64,000 nucleotides of DNA from a bacterium (GTDB lineage: Bacteria > Zhuqueibacterota > Zhuqueibacteria > Residuimicrobiales > Krinioviventaceae), in NCBI GenBank assembly GCA_963675755.2, contig CAXXMD010000003.1, forward strand, positions 3,392,001-3,456,000, in the 5' to 3' direction. Under the pieces are notes generated by a model. That model saw nothing but the letters and a program-made list of their open reading frames with translations. It did not search any database and was not told the DNA's origin. The stretch's first letter is position 1, and each line of letters starts with the position of its first letter. Positions 1 through 10,189 of this stretch are shown piece after piece. Position numbers and translations under genes: made by a program.

Positions 1-1
1 C

Positions 2-187
2 AACGATGATGGTTTTAATTTAGCGGCAAGTCTGAAAAAGGAATTCCCAAATGTCAGGATTATTCTGATCTCTGATTATAAAGATGAGAAATTCAAAACC
101 AAAGCAAAACAGGTTGGTGCTGATGGTATTGTATCCAAGGAAAATTTATTAGAGCTGCAGGAACTGGTTTTTTTTCGACAAGTATAG
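2..187 (+). CDS. 3' part of a response-regulator receiver domain protein (5' end outside window)
   Basis: Manual translation NDDGFNLAASLKKEFPNVRIILISDYKDEKFKTKAKQVGADGIVSKENLL...* matches the REC pattern DG..L...LK...P...II.IS...A...GADG...K; stop TAG 185-187. Confidence 0.75.
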   Translation, partial: NDDGFNLAASLKKEFPNVRIILISDYKDEKFKTKAKQVGADGIVSKENLLELQELVFFRQV

Positions 188-232
188 AATTCAATTTATT
201 AATCATTAAATGAATTTAGGATGGGTTGAATT

Positions 233-3200
233 ATGAGAACATTGTTAATCACTTTACTGTTATCTTTTATGTTAGTTACAATGGTATTTGCAGATGGTAC
301 CCAACCGCCGGGTTTAGGTAATTTGGATGATCCTTACCTGGTCTCTACACTGGACCATTTGATTTGGATCAGCACCAATTCCGGTTCATGGAGAGACCAT
401 TTTAAACAAACCGCCAATATAGATGCTGGCAACACGGCGGCGCTGAACCCAAATGGCATCGGCGTACCATTGGGATTTTATCCTATAGGGAACAGTACAA
501 CTCCATTTAGCGGCACCTATGATGGACAGGGTTTCCGGATCAGTAATTTGTATATCAACCGTACAGAGACTAACAACATTGGTTTATTCGGTTATGTGGA
601 TGGGATTTTGGCTTCTGTGCAAAATCTGGTGGTAAAAGATGCCTATGTTGCCGGAGTTGAAAATGTAGGCGCGTTGGCGGGATATGCTGCAGGCTCGACT
701 GAAATTACAAATTGCAGCTCGAGTGGTGATGTTCACGGAGATTACAATTGCGGAGGGCTTGTGGGAACAGTTGGGGCTTCAGCAACTGTAACAAACTGTG
801 CTTCAGCTGCTGATATTACCGGTTCATATAACAAGATGGGCGGATTGGTAGGCTCTAACGATGGAGTGATCAACACCAGTTATGCCAAAGGTGATGTTTC
901 CGGTAATTCCAGACTTGGTGGATTAGCCGGTTATTCAGGCGGTACTATTAATAATTGTTATGCGGTTGAAGGATCGGTTTCCGGCTTGACATATATTGGT
1001 GGGTTACTGGGACGAAATATAGGCGGTACGGTCAATTATTGTTTTGCAGCTTGTAGTGTTTCAGGTAACTCTGATCTTGGTGGATTGGCGGGTGATAACG
1101 ATGCAACCATAAATAAATGTTATTATGATTCCCAGGTTTCCGGTCAATCTGATGCAGGCAAAGGGGCTCCCCAAAAAACTATCATGATGAAAACATATTC
1201 TACTTTTTATTATGGCAGTGGCTGGGATTTTGAGTATGAGACAAGAAACGGAACCGCAAGTATATGGGATATGGATTTTTCCGGCGGCACTAACAGCGGA
1301 TATCCTTATTTAGCTTGGCAGGATGGTTCATCCATATCTCTGCCAAACGGCCCGGCGCAACCGGAAGGCAGCGGAACAAGCAGCGCTCCCTACCAGATAG
1401 AGACGCTTGAGGACTTGATATGGATCGCTCGTAATCCTAATAAATGGTCTTCTAATGTGTATTATATTCAAACCGCGAATATTGATGCCTCTGGTGCAAT
1501 CTCATGGAACGGTGTGGGTGGATTCCCCTCTATTGGCAAGTCTTCTACCGATTTTGAGGGTAGTTATAATGGTCAGTATTTTACCATTAGTGATGTGTAT
1601 ATGAGATATCCTGACTGGGACGATGTTGGTGTCTTTGGTAAAACCAATTGTGCAAATATAAGGAGATTGGGAGTTGTAAATGCAAATATTACCGGTAATG
1701 ATAATGTGGGTGCGGTTATCGGTAATGGTTCAGGAGATCATGCCCTTTATCTTGGCACCATTTCCAACTGTTATTCTACCGGTGTAGTAAAAGGTGGCAA
1801 TAATGTAGGTGGAGTAGTAGGTGTAACAAACTTGTATTTTGAGACTAGCAACTGTTATTCATACGCTGATGTTTCGGGTGATGGTTATATTGGTGGACTG
1901 ATAGGGGCTAACAGGGGACCTGTATTTACCAGCTTTGCCAGGGGGGATGTTGATGGCTCTTATTTGGTTGGAGGTTTGGTTGGTTATACAAGCGATGATA
2001 TAAGGAACAGTTATGCTACGAGTCCAGTTTCGGGGGGGAATAGTGTTGGTGGATTGATAGGAAGATTTGGTGGCGGTACTATTTCACGTTGTTATGCTGC
2101 AGGTAGTGTGTCAGGAACTACGGATGTTGGTGGATTTATTGGGGACAAGATCGGCACAAATATGTATTCCTGCTTTTATGATAGTGATGTTACTGGAATG
2201 ACTGATGATACAAAAGGAAATCCCAGAACCACAGCTGAAATGAAAGATTTTATAACATTTTATAATTCCGGCTGGGATTATGTTTCGGAAACAACGAACG
2301 GCAGCAATGATTATTGGGACCAGGACTGTTCTGCAAGTATTAATAATGGTTATCCCTACCTGAGCTTTCAGGATGGTTCAAGTGTGAACCTGACACTATT
2401 GCCTGAGGCACCAGCTAGTGGAGATGGATCCAGTGGTGATCCCTATCAGATTGCAACTCTATCGAACCTGTATTGGCTAAGTTTGAATTCATCAGAGTGG
2501 GGTAAATATTTTATACAGACTGTTGATGTTAATGCCTCGGGCACGTCTACAATTGATTGCGGAGCAGGATTTCCACCTATAGGTAACGCTACAACGATGT
2601 TTAGCGGTTCATACAATGGGCAGGAACATACTATTGATGGTTTAACAATAAACCGGAATGGTGAAAGTTATGTGGGGCTGTTTGGTTATACGGACAATGC
2701 AACAATTCAAAATCTGGGGGTAACGTCCTGCAATATCCAAGGGAGTACCTATGTTGGCGGTATTGCCGGACGAAATAACAATTCTTCGCAAATTTCCCGC
2801 TGTTATACTTCCGGCAGCATTGAGGGTTCGCAGGAAACAGGTGGTATTGTAGGGCGAAACAATACCGATGCAATTATCATTGATTGTTATTCCATGGCAT
2901 CTGTGAAAGGTGCGTTGACCTCTGGCGGTGTTGCGGGAACAAACTACTCGGGTTCGGAAATCATAAGGTGTTATGCCCGCGGTAGTGTTACGGGAACTAC
3001 GGATGCCGGTGGTCTGGTGGGAATCAATAACGCAACGGTAATAAACTGTTTTTATGATCTGCAAACCACCGGTAAAATTGACAGTGACCGGGGAACACCT
3101 TACCCAACGGTTGTCATGCATATGCTCGATACTTTTTTTCAGGCAGGTTGGGACCTTGAAGTAGAGACGACCAATGGCAGCGCTAATATCTGGGACATGG

Positions 3201-4732
3201 ACCACACCGGTACTACCGGTGGAGGCTATCCCTATCTGAGTTGGCAGGATGGTTCAAGTGTATCGATCCCGTCAAAACCGGCATCAGGTGATGGTTCGGC
3301 AGGGGATCCTTACCGGATCACGTCTCTATCCGATCTGACCTGGCTCAGCCTGTTTTCTGAACAATGGTCAACGTCCTGTATCCAGACTAGTGATATTGAC
3401 GTATCAACAGCCAGCAGTTGGTTTGACGGACTTGGGTTTTCTCCCATTGGCAATGCAACGACCCAGTTTACCGGTTCTTATGATGGCCAGGGCAATCTAA
3501 TCAGCAATCTAACAATCAATAGGGTGGTTTTTAATTATGTGGGATTGTTTGGCTATATTGATGGCGCTACGATTAAGAATCTGGGGCTAAAAAATAGTGA
3601 TATTAAAGGGGGGCAGTATGTAGGGGGGATTGCCGGAAGAAATAGTAACAGTGCATTAATAGAATGTTGTTATACAGCCGGCAGTATTGAGGGAACGTCA
3701 GATACAGGAGGCATTGCAGGGCGGAATAATACCAACGCTATTATTCGTAATTGTTATTCAAAAGCAGATATCACCGGCGCAAACGCCTCTGGTGGACTTT
3801 TAGGTTCTAATAATTCTGATTCTGAAGTGGTTTACTGTTATTCAATAGGTGCCATCTCTGCGGGGATTGGTACAGGCGGGCTCATTGGTGTAAATAATGC
3901 TTCGGTATCTCATAGTTTTTATAATTTGGAAACCACGGGGCAATCGGATACCGGCAAAGGCATAGGCATATCTACCGTGTTAATGCAAAGACTGGAGACA
4001 TTTACCACCGTTGGCTGGGACTTTGAAATTGAATCTGGTAATGGTACGAATGATTATTGGGACATGGACTGTTCCTGCTCTATCAATAACGGTTTCCCTT
4101 TTCTCAGTTGGCTGAACGATGGTGATACAGCATTACCGGTTGAACTTGCCGCGTTTACCGCAAGAAATGAGAACAAACATATATTACTTGATTGGACCAC
4201 TGCAACCGAATCAGCGAATTTGGGCTTTATACTCGAACGTCGCGATGAAAACAGCAACTGGCAGGAAATTGCTTCTTACAAGATGAGCGAATCATTGCGT
4301 GGTCAGGGCACATCTGCAACAGAAACGGAATATTCTTTTACTGACAATGCTATTACTCCCGGCAATACCTATACCTACCGTTTGTGGGATGTAAACACGA
4401 ACGGCGAGGTAAATGAGCTTGCTACAGTAACAGTAGATGTGGTTTATATACCAACCACTACCCAATTATTACCAGCGTATCCCAATCCGTTCAATCCGGC
4501 AACCACCATCCGGTATGAGCTGGCAAAAAATGGATATGTTAACATTGCAGTGTATGATGTACTGGGTAAACAGGTAATTGGGCTGTTTGATGGAGAACAA
4601 TCCGTTGGCAGTTATGAGCTACGCTGGAATGGTTTGGATGAAAGAGGCACCCAGGTGTCGAGCGGTATCTTTTTTGTGCGAATGCAGAGTGTACAGCAAA
4701 GCAGTATACAGAAAATTACATTGATGAAATAA
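233..4732 (+). CDS. Large secreted GLUG-motif repeat protein (4 modules) with LPVEL Ig module and T9SS-like C-terminal sorting domain
   Basis: Signal peptide; repeated G.G...DPY.I..L..L.W / F.G.YDGQG..I..L.I / VGGL.G motifs; C-terminus LPVELAAF...YPNPFNP...KITLMK. Confidence 0.85.
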   Translation: MRTLLITLLLSFMLVTMVFADGTQPPGLGNLDDPYLVSTLDHLIWISTNSGSWRDHFKQTANIDAGNTAALNPNGIGVPLGFYPIGNSTTPFSGTYDGQGFRISNLYINRTETNNIGLFGYVDGILASVQNLVVKDAYVAGVENVGALAGYAAGSTEITNCSSSGDVHGDYNCGGLVGTVGASATVTNCASAADITGSYNKMGGLVGSNDGVINTSYAKGDVSGNSRLGGLAGYSGGTINNCYAVEGSVSGLTYIGGLLGRNIGGTVNYCFAACSVSGNSDLGGLAGDNDATINKCYYDSQVSGQSDAGKGAPQKTIMMKTYSTFYYGSGWDFEYETRNGTASIWDMDFSGGTNSGYPYLAWQDGSSISLPNGPAQPEGSGTSSAPYQIETLEDLIWIARNPNKWSSNVYYIQTANIDASGAISWNGVGGFPSIGKSSTDFEGSYNGQYFTISDVYMRYPDWDDVGVFGKTNCANIRRLGVVNANITGNDNVGAVIGNGSGDHALYLGTISNCYSTGVVKGGNNVGGVVGVTNLYFETSNCYSYADVSGDGYIGGLIGANRGPVFTSFARGDVDGSYLVGGLVGYTSDDIRNSYATSPVSGGNSVGGLIGRFGGGTISRCYAAGSVSGTTDVGGFIGDKIGTNMYSCFYDSDVTGMTDDTKGNPRTTAEMKDFITFYNSGWDYVSETTNGSNDYWDQDCSASINNGYPYLSFQDGSSVNLTLLPEAPASGDGSSGDPYQIATLSNLYWLSLNSSEWGKYFIQTVDVNASGTSTIDCGAGFPPIGNATTMFSGSYNGQEHTIDGLTINRNGESYVGLFGYTDNATIQNLGVTSCNIQGSTYVGGIAGRNNNSSQISRCYTSGSIEGSQETGGIVGRNNTDAIIIDCYSMASVKGALTSGGVAGTNYSGSEIIRCYARGSVTGTTDAGGLVGINNATVINCFYDLQTTGKIDSDRGTPYPTVVMHMLDTFFQAGWDLEVETTNGSANIWDMDHTGTTGGGYPYLSWQDGSSVSIPSKPASGDGSAGDPYRITSLSDLTWLSLFSEQWSTSCIQTSDIDVSTASSWFDGLGFSPIGNATTQFTGSYDGQGNLISNLTINRVVFNYVGLFGYIDGATIKNLGLKNSDIKGGQYVGGIAGRNSNSALIECCYTAGSIEGTSDTGGIAGRNNTNAIIRNCYSKADITGANASGGLLGSNNSDSEVVYCYSIGAISAGIGTGGLIGVNNASVSHSFYNLETTGQSDTGKGIGISTVLMQRLETFTTVGWDFEIESGNGTNDYWDMDCSCSINNGFPFLSWLNDGDTALPVELAAFTARNENKHILLDWTTATESANLGFILERRDENSNWQEIASYKMSESLRGQGTSATETEYSFTDNAITPGNTYTYRLWDVNTNGEVNELATVTVDVVYIPTTTQLLPAYPNPFNPATTIRYELAKNGYVNIAVYDVLGKQVIGLFDGEQSVGSYELRWNGLDERGTQVSSGIFFVRMQSVQQSSIQKITLMK

Positions 4733-4768
4733 AGAGGTGTTGTTAATTAGTCAGTATTGTGAGGAGAA

Positions 4769-7700
4769 ATGAGAAAATTATATTCTGTTCTGTTGATAGT
4801 CGTTTTTCTTACAACAGGCCTTTATGCCGACGGCACTCAGCCGCCGGGTTCAGGTACTTCCGATGAACCCTACGAGGTCTCAACCCTGGACCATTTGTTA
4901 TGGATCAGTACCAATTCGACATCATGGGGCAAGCATTTCGAGCAAACCGCCGATATAGACGCCTCAGCGACAGCCACCTGGAACAGTGACGGAGAAGGCG
5001 GTTATGAAGGGTTCTCCCCCATTGGGAACGTTTGGACCGTATCGGACGAATTTACAGGCACTTACGATGGCCAGGGATACACAATTGAGGATTTGTACAT
5101 TAACCGGACCAGTGCAAATGTTGGATTGTTTGGGTGGATACAAGGTGGATCTGTCGAAAACTTAATCCTGAGAAACGTAAATATTACCGGAGATTCGCAT
5201 GTTGGCGGACTTGCTGGATTAAATTCCCAAGGAGTAATTACAAATTGCTCCTCCTCAGGGTCGGTTTCAGGTTACACCTATGTAGGTGGTCTGGTCGGAC
5301 TCGTGCAGTATTCCGCCGAGGTTCACGAATGCCGGTCTTTATGTAGCGTTTCCGGTACCGACTTGGTTGGCTGCCTGGCGGGAAACGCTAGTTTCTCTGC
5401 GGTTATTAACAATAGTTACGCCCGGGGCAGTGTTGGCGGCACCTCCTATGTTGGCGGACTGCTTGGACGGAATTCGGATGGCTGCCTGGTTAACAATTGT
5501 TACGCCGCAGCCAGCGTTTCCGGTGACAGCCAAGTTGGCGGACTGGTTGGCGAAAATGATGGAACAATAAGCAATAGTTTTTACGATCAGGAAACAACCG
5601 GGCAAAGCGATACCGGCAAGGGCAAACCTAAAACCACTGAGCAAATGAAATTACTTTCAACCTTTACCAATGCCGGTTGGGACTTTGAGAATGAGACAAA
5701 TAACGGAACTGATAATATCTGGGATATTGATTATATCAATTCCACAAATTCCGGCTACCCCTATCTGAGCTGGCAGGACGGCGAAGCGGTCTCCCAGCCT
5801 TCAGGACCTGACGGAAGCGGCACATCTGACGATCCATACCAGATCAGTACACTGACAGACCTCTGCTGGCTGAGTCAGAACCAGTCAAGCTGGGACAAAC
5901 ATTTTATCCAGGTTAATTATATAGACGCTTCCGGTACAAGTTCCTGGTGTGGAGGTTTTGGGTTCTCCCCCATTGGGAACGTTTGGACCGTATCGGACGA
6001 ATTTACAGGCACTTACGATGGCCAGGGATACACAATTGAGGATTTGTACATTAACCGGACCAGTGCAAATGTTGGATTGTTTGGGTGGATACAAGGTGGA
6101 TCTGTCGAAAACTTAATCCTGAGAAACGTAAATATTACCGGAGATTCGCATGTTGGCGGACTTGCTGGATTAAATTCCCAAGGAGTAATTACAAATTGCT
6201 CCTCCTCAGGGTCGGTTTCAGGTTACACCTATGTAGGTGGGCTGATCGGACTTATGTCGAGGGGCCAGATTAACGAATGCCGGTCTTTATGCAGCGTTTC
6301 CGGTTCCTCTTGTATTGGCGGACTGGTGGGATCAACTGCCGACGATGCGGTTATTAAAAACAGTTATGTCCGGGGAATTGTCAATGGCAGTGTCCAGGAA
6401 ATTGGAGGACTGGTCGGACGGGCTACTTCCGGCCTGTTTAACAATTGTTACGCCACAGGCAGCGTTTCCGGTGATAGCGACGTTGGCGGCCTGGTTGGAT
6501 CAAACACCTCTGCAACCGTCAGTAACAGTTTTTACGATCAGGAAACCACCGGGCAAGATGATACCGGTAAGGGCATACCCAAAACCACAACAGAAATGAA
6601 AGATTATACAACATTTATCAACGCCGGGTGGGACTATGTGTCGGAAACTGTCAATGGTTCAGATGATGATTGGGACCAGGACTGTTCTGAAAGTATTAAC
6701 AACGGTTATCCCTACCTGAACTGGCAGGACGGCACCTCGGTTTCCCTTACTATTTTGTCAATTGTACCTTCTGTCGGGGATGGTTCCGCCAGTGATCCGT
6801 ACCAAATTGCCAATATAAATAATCTGTACTGGCTTTCTCAAAACAGCGATCAATGGGGACAAAATTATATTCAGGTGGCCAATATTGATGCGTCTGATAC
6901 CGGCAGTTTGGACGGCGGTTCAGGTTACTCTTGTATTGGCTCATTAGCAACTAACTTTAGCGGTACGTATGACGGTCAGGGTTATGTCATTGATGACCTG
7001 CAAATAAACCGGTCGTCCGAAGATTATATCGGGCTTTTTGGTTTTACAAACGGGGCCGAGATCAGTAGTGTCGGCCTGACCGGTGCGGATATCACCGGCG
7101 GCCAGTATGTGGGCGGAATAGCCGGAGTAATCTCTTCAGGCCGAATTGTCCAGTGTTATACCAAAGGCAGCATCTCCGGCACATCTGATGTGGGCGGTGT
7201 GACCGGCAGCAATAATAATTGTTTGATACGCAATTGTTTTTCCGCAGCCGGTATTTCCGGCACCTCCAATATTGGCGGTTTAACAGGAAATAATACCAAC
7301 TCGGCAACCATAGATAAATGTTACGCCCGGGGGAGTGTGTCCGGTACATCCGATGTTGGTGGTTTGGTGGGGACCAATTCAGCCACCGTAACCAGCAGCT
7401 TTTTTGACGGTGAAACCACCGGACAAAGTGACAATAGCGGCAAGGGAGTCCCCAAGACCACACAGGCCATGCAGACATTCAGCACGTTTTTCAATGCCGG
7501 GTGGGACTTGGAAGTAGAGATTAACAATGGCAGTAATAACAATTGGGACATGGACTATACCGGCAGCTTTGGCGGCTGTTATCCCTATCTCAGTTGGCAG
7601 GACGGTTCAGAAGTATCTATTCCGTCCAAACCGGCAGCGGGTACCGGTTCCAGCAGCAATCCGTACCAGATCTCATCCCTGAGTGACCTGGCCTGGCTCA

Positions 7701-10120
7701 ATCTTTTCGCAAACAAATGGGCCGAACACTATATTCAAACCGCCAATATCGATGCGTCAACAACCAGCACCTGGTTCAAAGGCGCCGGATTCTCTCCCAT
7801 TGGTAACAGTATCACAGAGTTTACCGGCTCTTATAACGGCCAGTACTATACCATCTCCGGATTGACCATCAATCGGCCATCAACCAGTGATGTCGGATTA
7901 TTTGGCTACGCCAGCGGCGCAAGCCTGGAAAATATTGCATTACTCAATACCGATATTACCGGTAACAATGCCGTAGGTTGTTTAGTTGGTAACCATAGGG
8001 CCAGTTCCACAGTAAGCAAGTGTTACTCTACCGGATCTGTCAGTGGTAACGATAATATTGGGGGTATTGTGGGAATGAGCTATAATGCTGCCCTTACGCA
8101 GTGCTATTCCATGGCCGGCGTTAGCGGGACCTCGAATGTGGGTGGTCTTGTGGGCTATAATTATATTTCCGCTACAGTACAAAATAGTTATGCGCGAGGC
8201 AATATATCAGGTACCTCCAAAGTTGGCGGATTGGCAGGTAGGAATGCAGGTGGAACAGTCAGTCGATGTTATGCCACCGGTGAGGTTTCGGGTTCATCTG
8301 AGACCGGCGGCTTGGTGGGAGAAAACGTTTCCACGGTTAGTGAGAGTTTTTATGATCGGTCGACCACCGGGCAAAGTGATACCGGTAAGGGAGAACCCAC
8401 ATATACTATATTTATGAAAATCCACCAGATTTTTACCAATGCCAATTGGGACTTTGCAACAGAGACTGCCAACGGCAGCGACGATGTGTGGGACATGGAT
8501 TATAACCAGAACATCAATGATGGCTATCCCTATCTAAGCTGGCAGGACGGCAGCAATGTGTCACTCAACTGGGTAGCTACCCAGCCTTCAAATGGTGACG
8601 GATCGAGCGGCGATCCCTATCAGATTGCCAATTTGGAAAATCTTGCCTGGTTGTCACTGTATACCACTCCCTGGGATAAATATTATATACAAACCGCAAA
8701 TATTGATGCCTCGGCAACCAGTACCTGGAATGGAGGTCTTGGATTTTCACCCATCGGTAACAGTTCTGCCTGGTTTGTCGGCAATTACGATGGTCAATCT
8801 TATACTATCACCGGCCTGACCATCGACAGGTCAGGTACCAATAATGTAGGTATGTTTGGTTATACAAATTATGCCGTTATAAAAAATCTTGGGGTGTTAT
8901 CTGTTGATATTACCGGCAACAATAATGTTGGCAGTTTGATTGGTAATTTAAATAGCTCCAGTACTGTAAAAAAATGTTACTCAAACGGCAGCGTAACCGG
9001 CAATACCAATGTGGGTGGTTTGGCAGGGGCCAACAACAATGGGCTGCTTGGTCAGTGTTATGCCAATACCAGTGTTTCGGGCTCTACCGATATAGGTGGA
9101 TTAGTGGGATGCAATAACTATTCCTCTGAAGTGAACAACTGCTATGCCAAAGGAAGTGTTTCAGGCACATCAAACATAGGCGGTCTGGCAGGTTCAAATA
9201 TCTCAAGTGCAACGCTGAATAAAAGTTATGCCAGAGGCAGTGTTTCCGGTTCATCTGCTACCGGTGGGTTGGTAGGTTCTAATTCGGCCAGTGTGACCTA
9301 TTGTTTTTACGATTCGGAAACCACAAACCAAAACGATACCGGCAAAGGCACACCTAAATCCACATCAGCAATGAAAACCCTTTCCACGTTTACGGATTCT
9401 GATTGGGATTTTGAAGCAGAAACGGCTAATGGCAACAATGATTACTGGGACCTGGATTGCAGTTGTTCCATAAACAATGGTTATCCCTTTCTATCATGGC
9501 TGAATGGAGAGGATGTGGCGCTGCCTGTAGAATTGTACAGTTTTACAGCTGCTTGTGATAATGGAATAGTGATTTTGGATTGGAAAACAGAAAGCGAACG
9601 CGATAACCTGGGTTTTATTCTCGAACGGCACGATGAGAGCAGCGATTGGTTGGAAATTGATTCTTACAAATTATGCGAGTCTCTCAGGGGCCAGGGAACA
9701 ACTGTGTCAGAGACAGGATATTCATACATCGATAATGCGGTGAATCCCGGAAATACCTATACCTACCGTTTATCGGATGTAAATGTCAGTGGTGCGGTAA
9801 ATGTACTTGCTTCAGTATCGGTCAAAGTAGAGTCTATTCCAACAACAACGCAATTGTACCCGGCGTATCCCAATCCGTTCAACCCGGCAACTACCATCCA
9901 GTATGAACTTGCAAAAGACGGATACGTAAGCATTGTGGTTTTTGATGTACTGGGCAAACAGGTACAAAAATTGTTCGCTGGCAGGCAATCTGCAGGAAGT
10001 TACCAATTACAGTGGAACGGTCAGGATGACTGCGGAAGTCAGGTATCGAGCGGGATTTATCTCATTCGTTTCCAGACAGGAAATCTTGTACGGACACAAA
10101 AGATCATGTTTGTTAAATAA
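4769..10120 (+). CDS. Paralogous large secreted GLUG-motif repeat protein (5 modules) with LPVEL module and T9SS-like CTD
   Basis: RBS GAGGAG; signal peptide; same module architecture as 233..4732 plus one module; LPVELYSF...YPNPFNP...KIMFVK. Confidence 0.85.
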   Translation: MRKLYSVLLIVVFLTTGLYADGTQPPGSGTSDEPYEVSTLDHLLWISTNSTSWGKHFEQTADIDASATATWNSDGEGGYEGFSPIGNVWTVSDEFTGTYDGQGYTIEDLYINRTSANVGLFGWIQGGSVENLILRNVNITGDSHVGGLAGLNSQGVITNCSSSGSVSGYTYVGGLVGLVQYSAEVHECRSLCSVSGTDLVGCLAGNASFSAVINNSYARGSVGGTSYVGGLLGRNSDGCLVNNCYAAASVSGDSQVGGLVGENDGTISNSFYDQETTGQSDTGKGKPKTTEQMKLLSTFTNAGWDFENETNNGTDNIWDIDYINSTNSGYPYLSWQDGEAVSQPSGPDGSGTSDDPYQISTLTDLCWLSQNQSSWDKHFIQVNYIDASGTSSWCGGFGFSPIGNVWTVSDEFTGTYDGQGYTIEDLYINRTSANVGLFGWIQGGSVENLILRNVNITGDSHVGGLAGLNSQGVITNCSSSGSVSGYTYVGGLIGLMSRGQINECRSLCSVSGSSCIGGLVGSTADDAVIKNSYVRGIVNGSVQEIGGLVGRATSGLFNNCYATGSVSGDSDVGGLVGSNTSATVSNSFYDQETTGQDDTGKGIPKTTTEMKDYTTFINAGWDYVSETVNGSDDDWDQDCSESINNGYPYLNWQDGTSVSLTILSIVPSVGDGSASDPYQIANINNLYWLSQNSDQWGQNYIQVANIDASDTGSLDGGSGYSCIGSLATNFSGTYDGQGYVIDDLQINRSSEDYIGLFGFTNGAEISSVGLTGADITGGQYVGGIAGVISSGRIVQCYTKGSISGTSDVGGVTGSNNNCLIRNCFSAAGISGTSNIGGLTGNNTNSATIDKCYARGSVSGTSDVGGLVGTNSATVTSSFFDGETTGQSDNSGKGVPKTTQAMQTFSTFFNAGWDLEVEINNGSNNNWDMDYTGSFGGCYPYLSWQDGSEVSIPSKPAAGTGSSSNPYQISSLSDLAWLNLFANKWAEHYIQTANIDASTTSTWFKGAGFSPIGNSITEFTGSYNGQYYTISGLTINRPSTSDVGLFGYASGASLENIALLNTDITGNNAVGCLVGNHRASSTVSKCYSTGSVSGNDNIGGIVGMSYNAALTQCYSMAGVSGTSNVGGLVGYNYISATVQNSYARGNISGTSKVGGLAGRNAGGTVSRCYATGEVSGSSETGGLVGENVSTVSESFYDRSTTGQSDTGKGEPTYTIFMKIHQIFTNANWDFATETANGSDDVWDMDYNQNINDGYPYLSWQDGSNVSLNWVATQPSNGDGSSGDPYQIANLENLAWLSLYTTPWDKYYIQTANIDASATSTWNGGLGFSPIGNSSAWFVGNYDGQSYTITGLTIDRSGTNNVGMFGYTNYAVIKNLGVLSVDITGNNNVGSLIGNLNSSSTVKKCYSNGSVTGNTNVGGLAGANNNGLLGQCYANTSVSGSTDIGGLVGCNNYSSEVNNCYAKGSVSGTSNIGGLAGSNISSATLNKSYARGSVSGSSATGGLVGSNSASVTYCFYDSETTNQNDTGKGTPKSTSAMKTLSTFTDSDWDFEAETANGNNDYWDLDCSCSINNGYPFLSWLNGEDVALPVELYSFTAACDNGIVILDWKTESERDNLGFILERHDESSDWLEIDSYKLCESLRGQGTTVSETGYSYIDNAVNPGNTYTYRLSDVNVSGAVNVLASVSVKVESIPTTTQLYPAYPNPFNPATTIQYELAKDGYVSIVVFDVLGKQVQKLFAGRQSAGSYQLQWNGQDDCGSQVSSGIYLIRFQTGNLVRTQKIMFVK
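5009..6240 (+). repeat. 281-bp identical intragenic direct repeat (5009-5289 and 5960-6240, offset 951)
   Basis: Both copies run gggttctcccccattgggaacg...ggttacacctatgtaggtgg; alternative-frame ORFs at 5134 and 6085 begin with the same peptide. Confidence 0.93.
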
Positions 10121-10153
10121 TTATATGTTTTGGCAGAGGTAAGGGGTAATGCG

Positions 10154-10189
10154 TGCCAGAGATACATGTTGTATCTCTGGCATTTTTTT
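10154..10189. terminator. Intrinsic terminator between convergent genes
   Basis: tgccagagataca-tgt-tgtatctctggca followed by a T tract. Confidence 0.85.

Noticed and set aside
2642-3205. 187-aa and other short ORFs overlapping the large genes
   Set aside because: Antisense or alternative-frame by-products of longer, motif-supported CDSs
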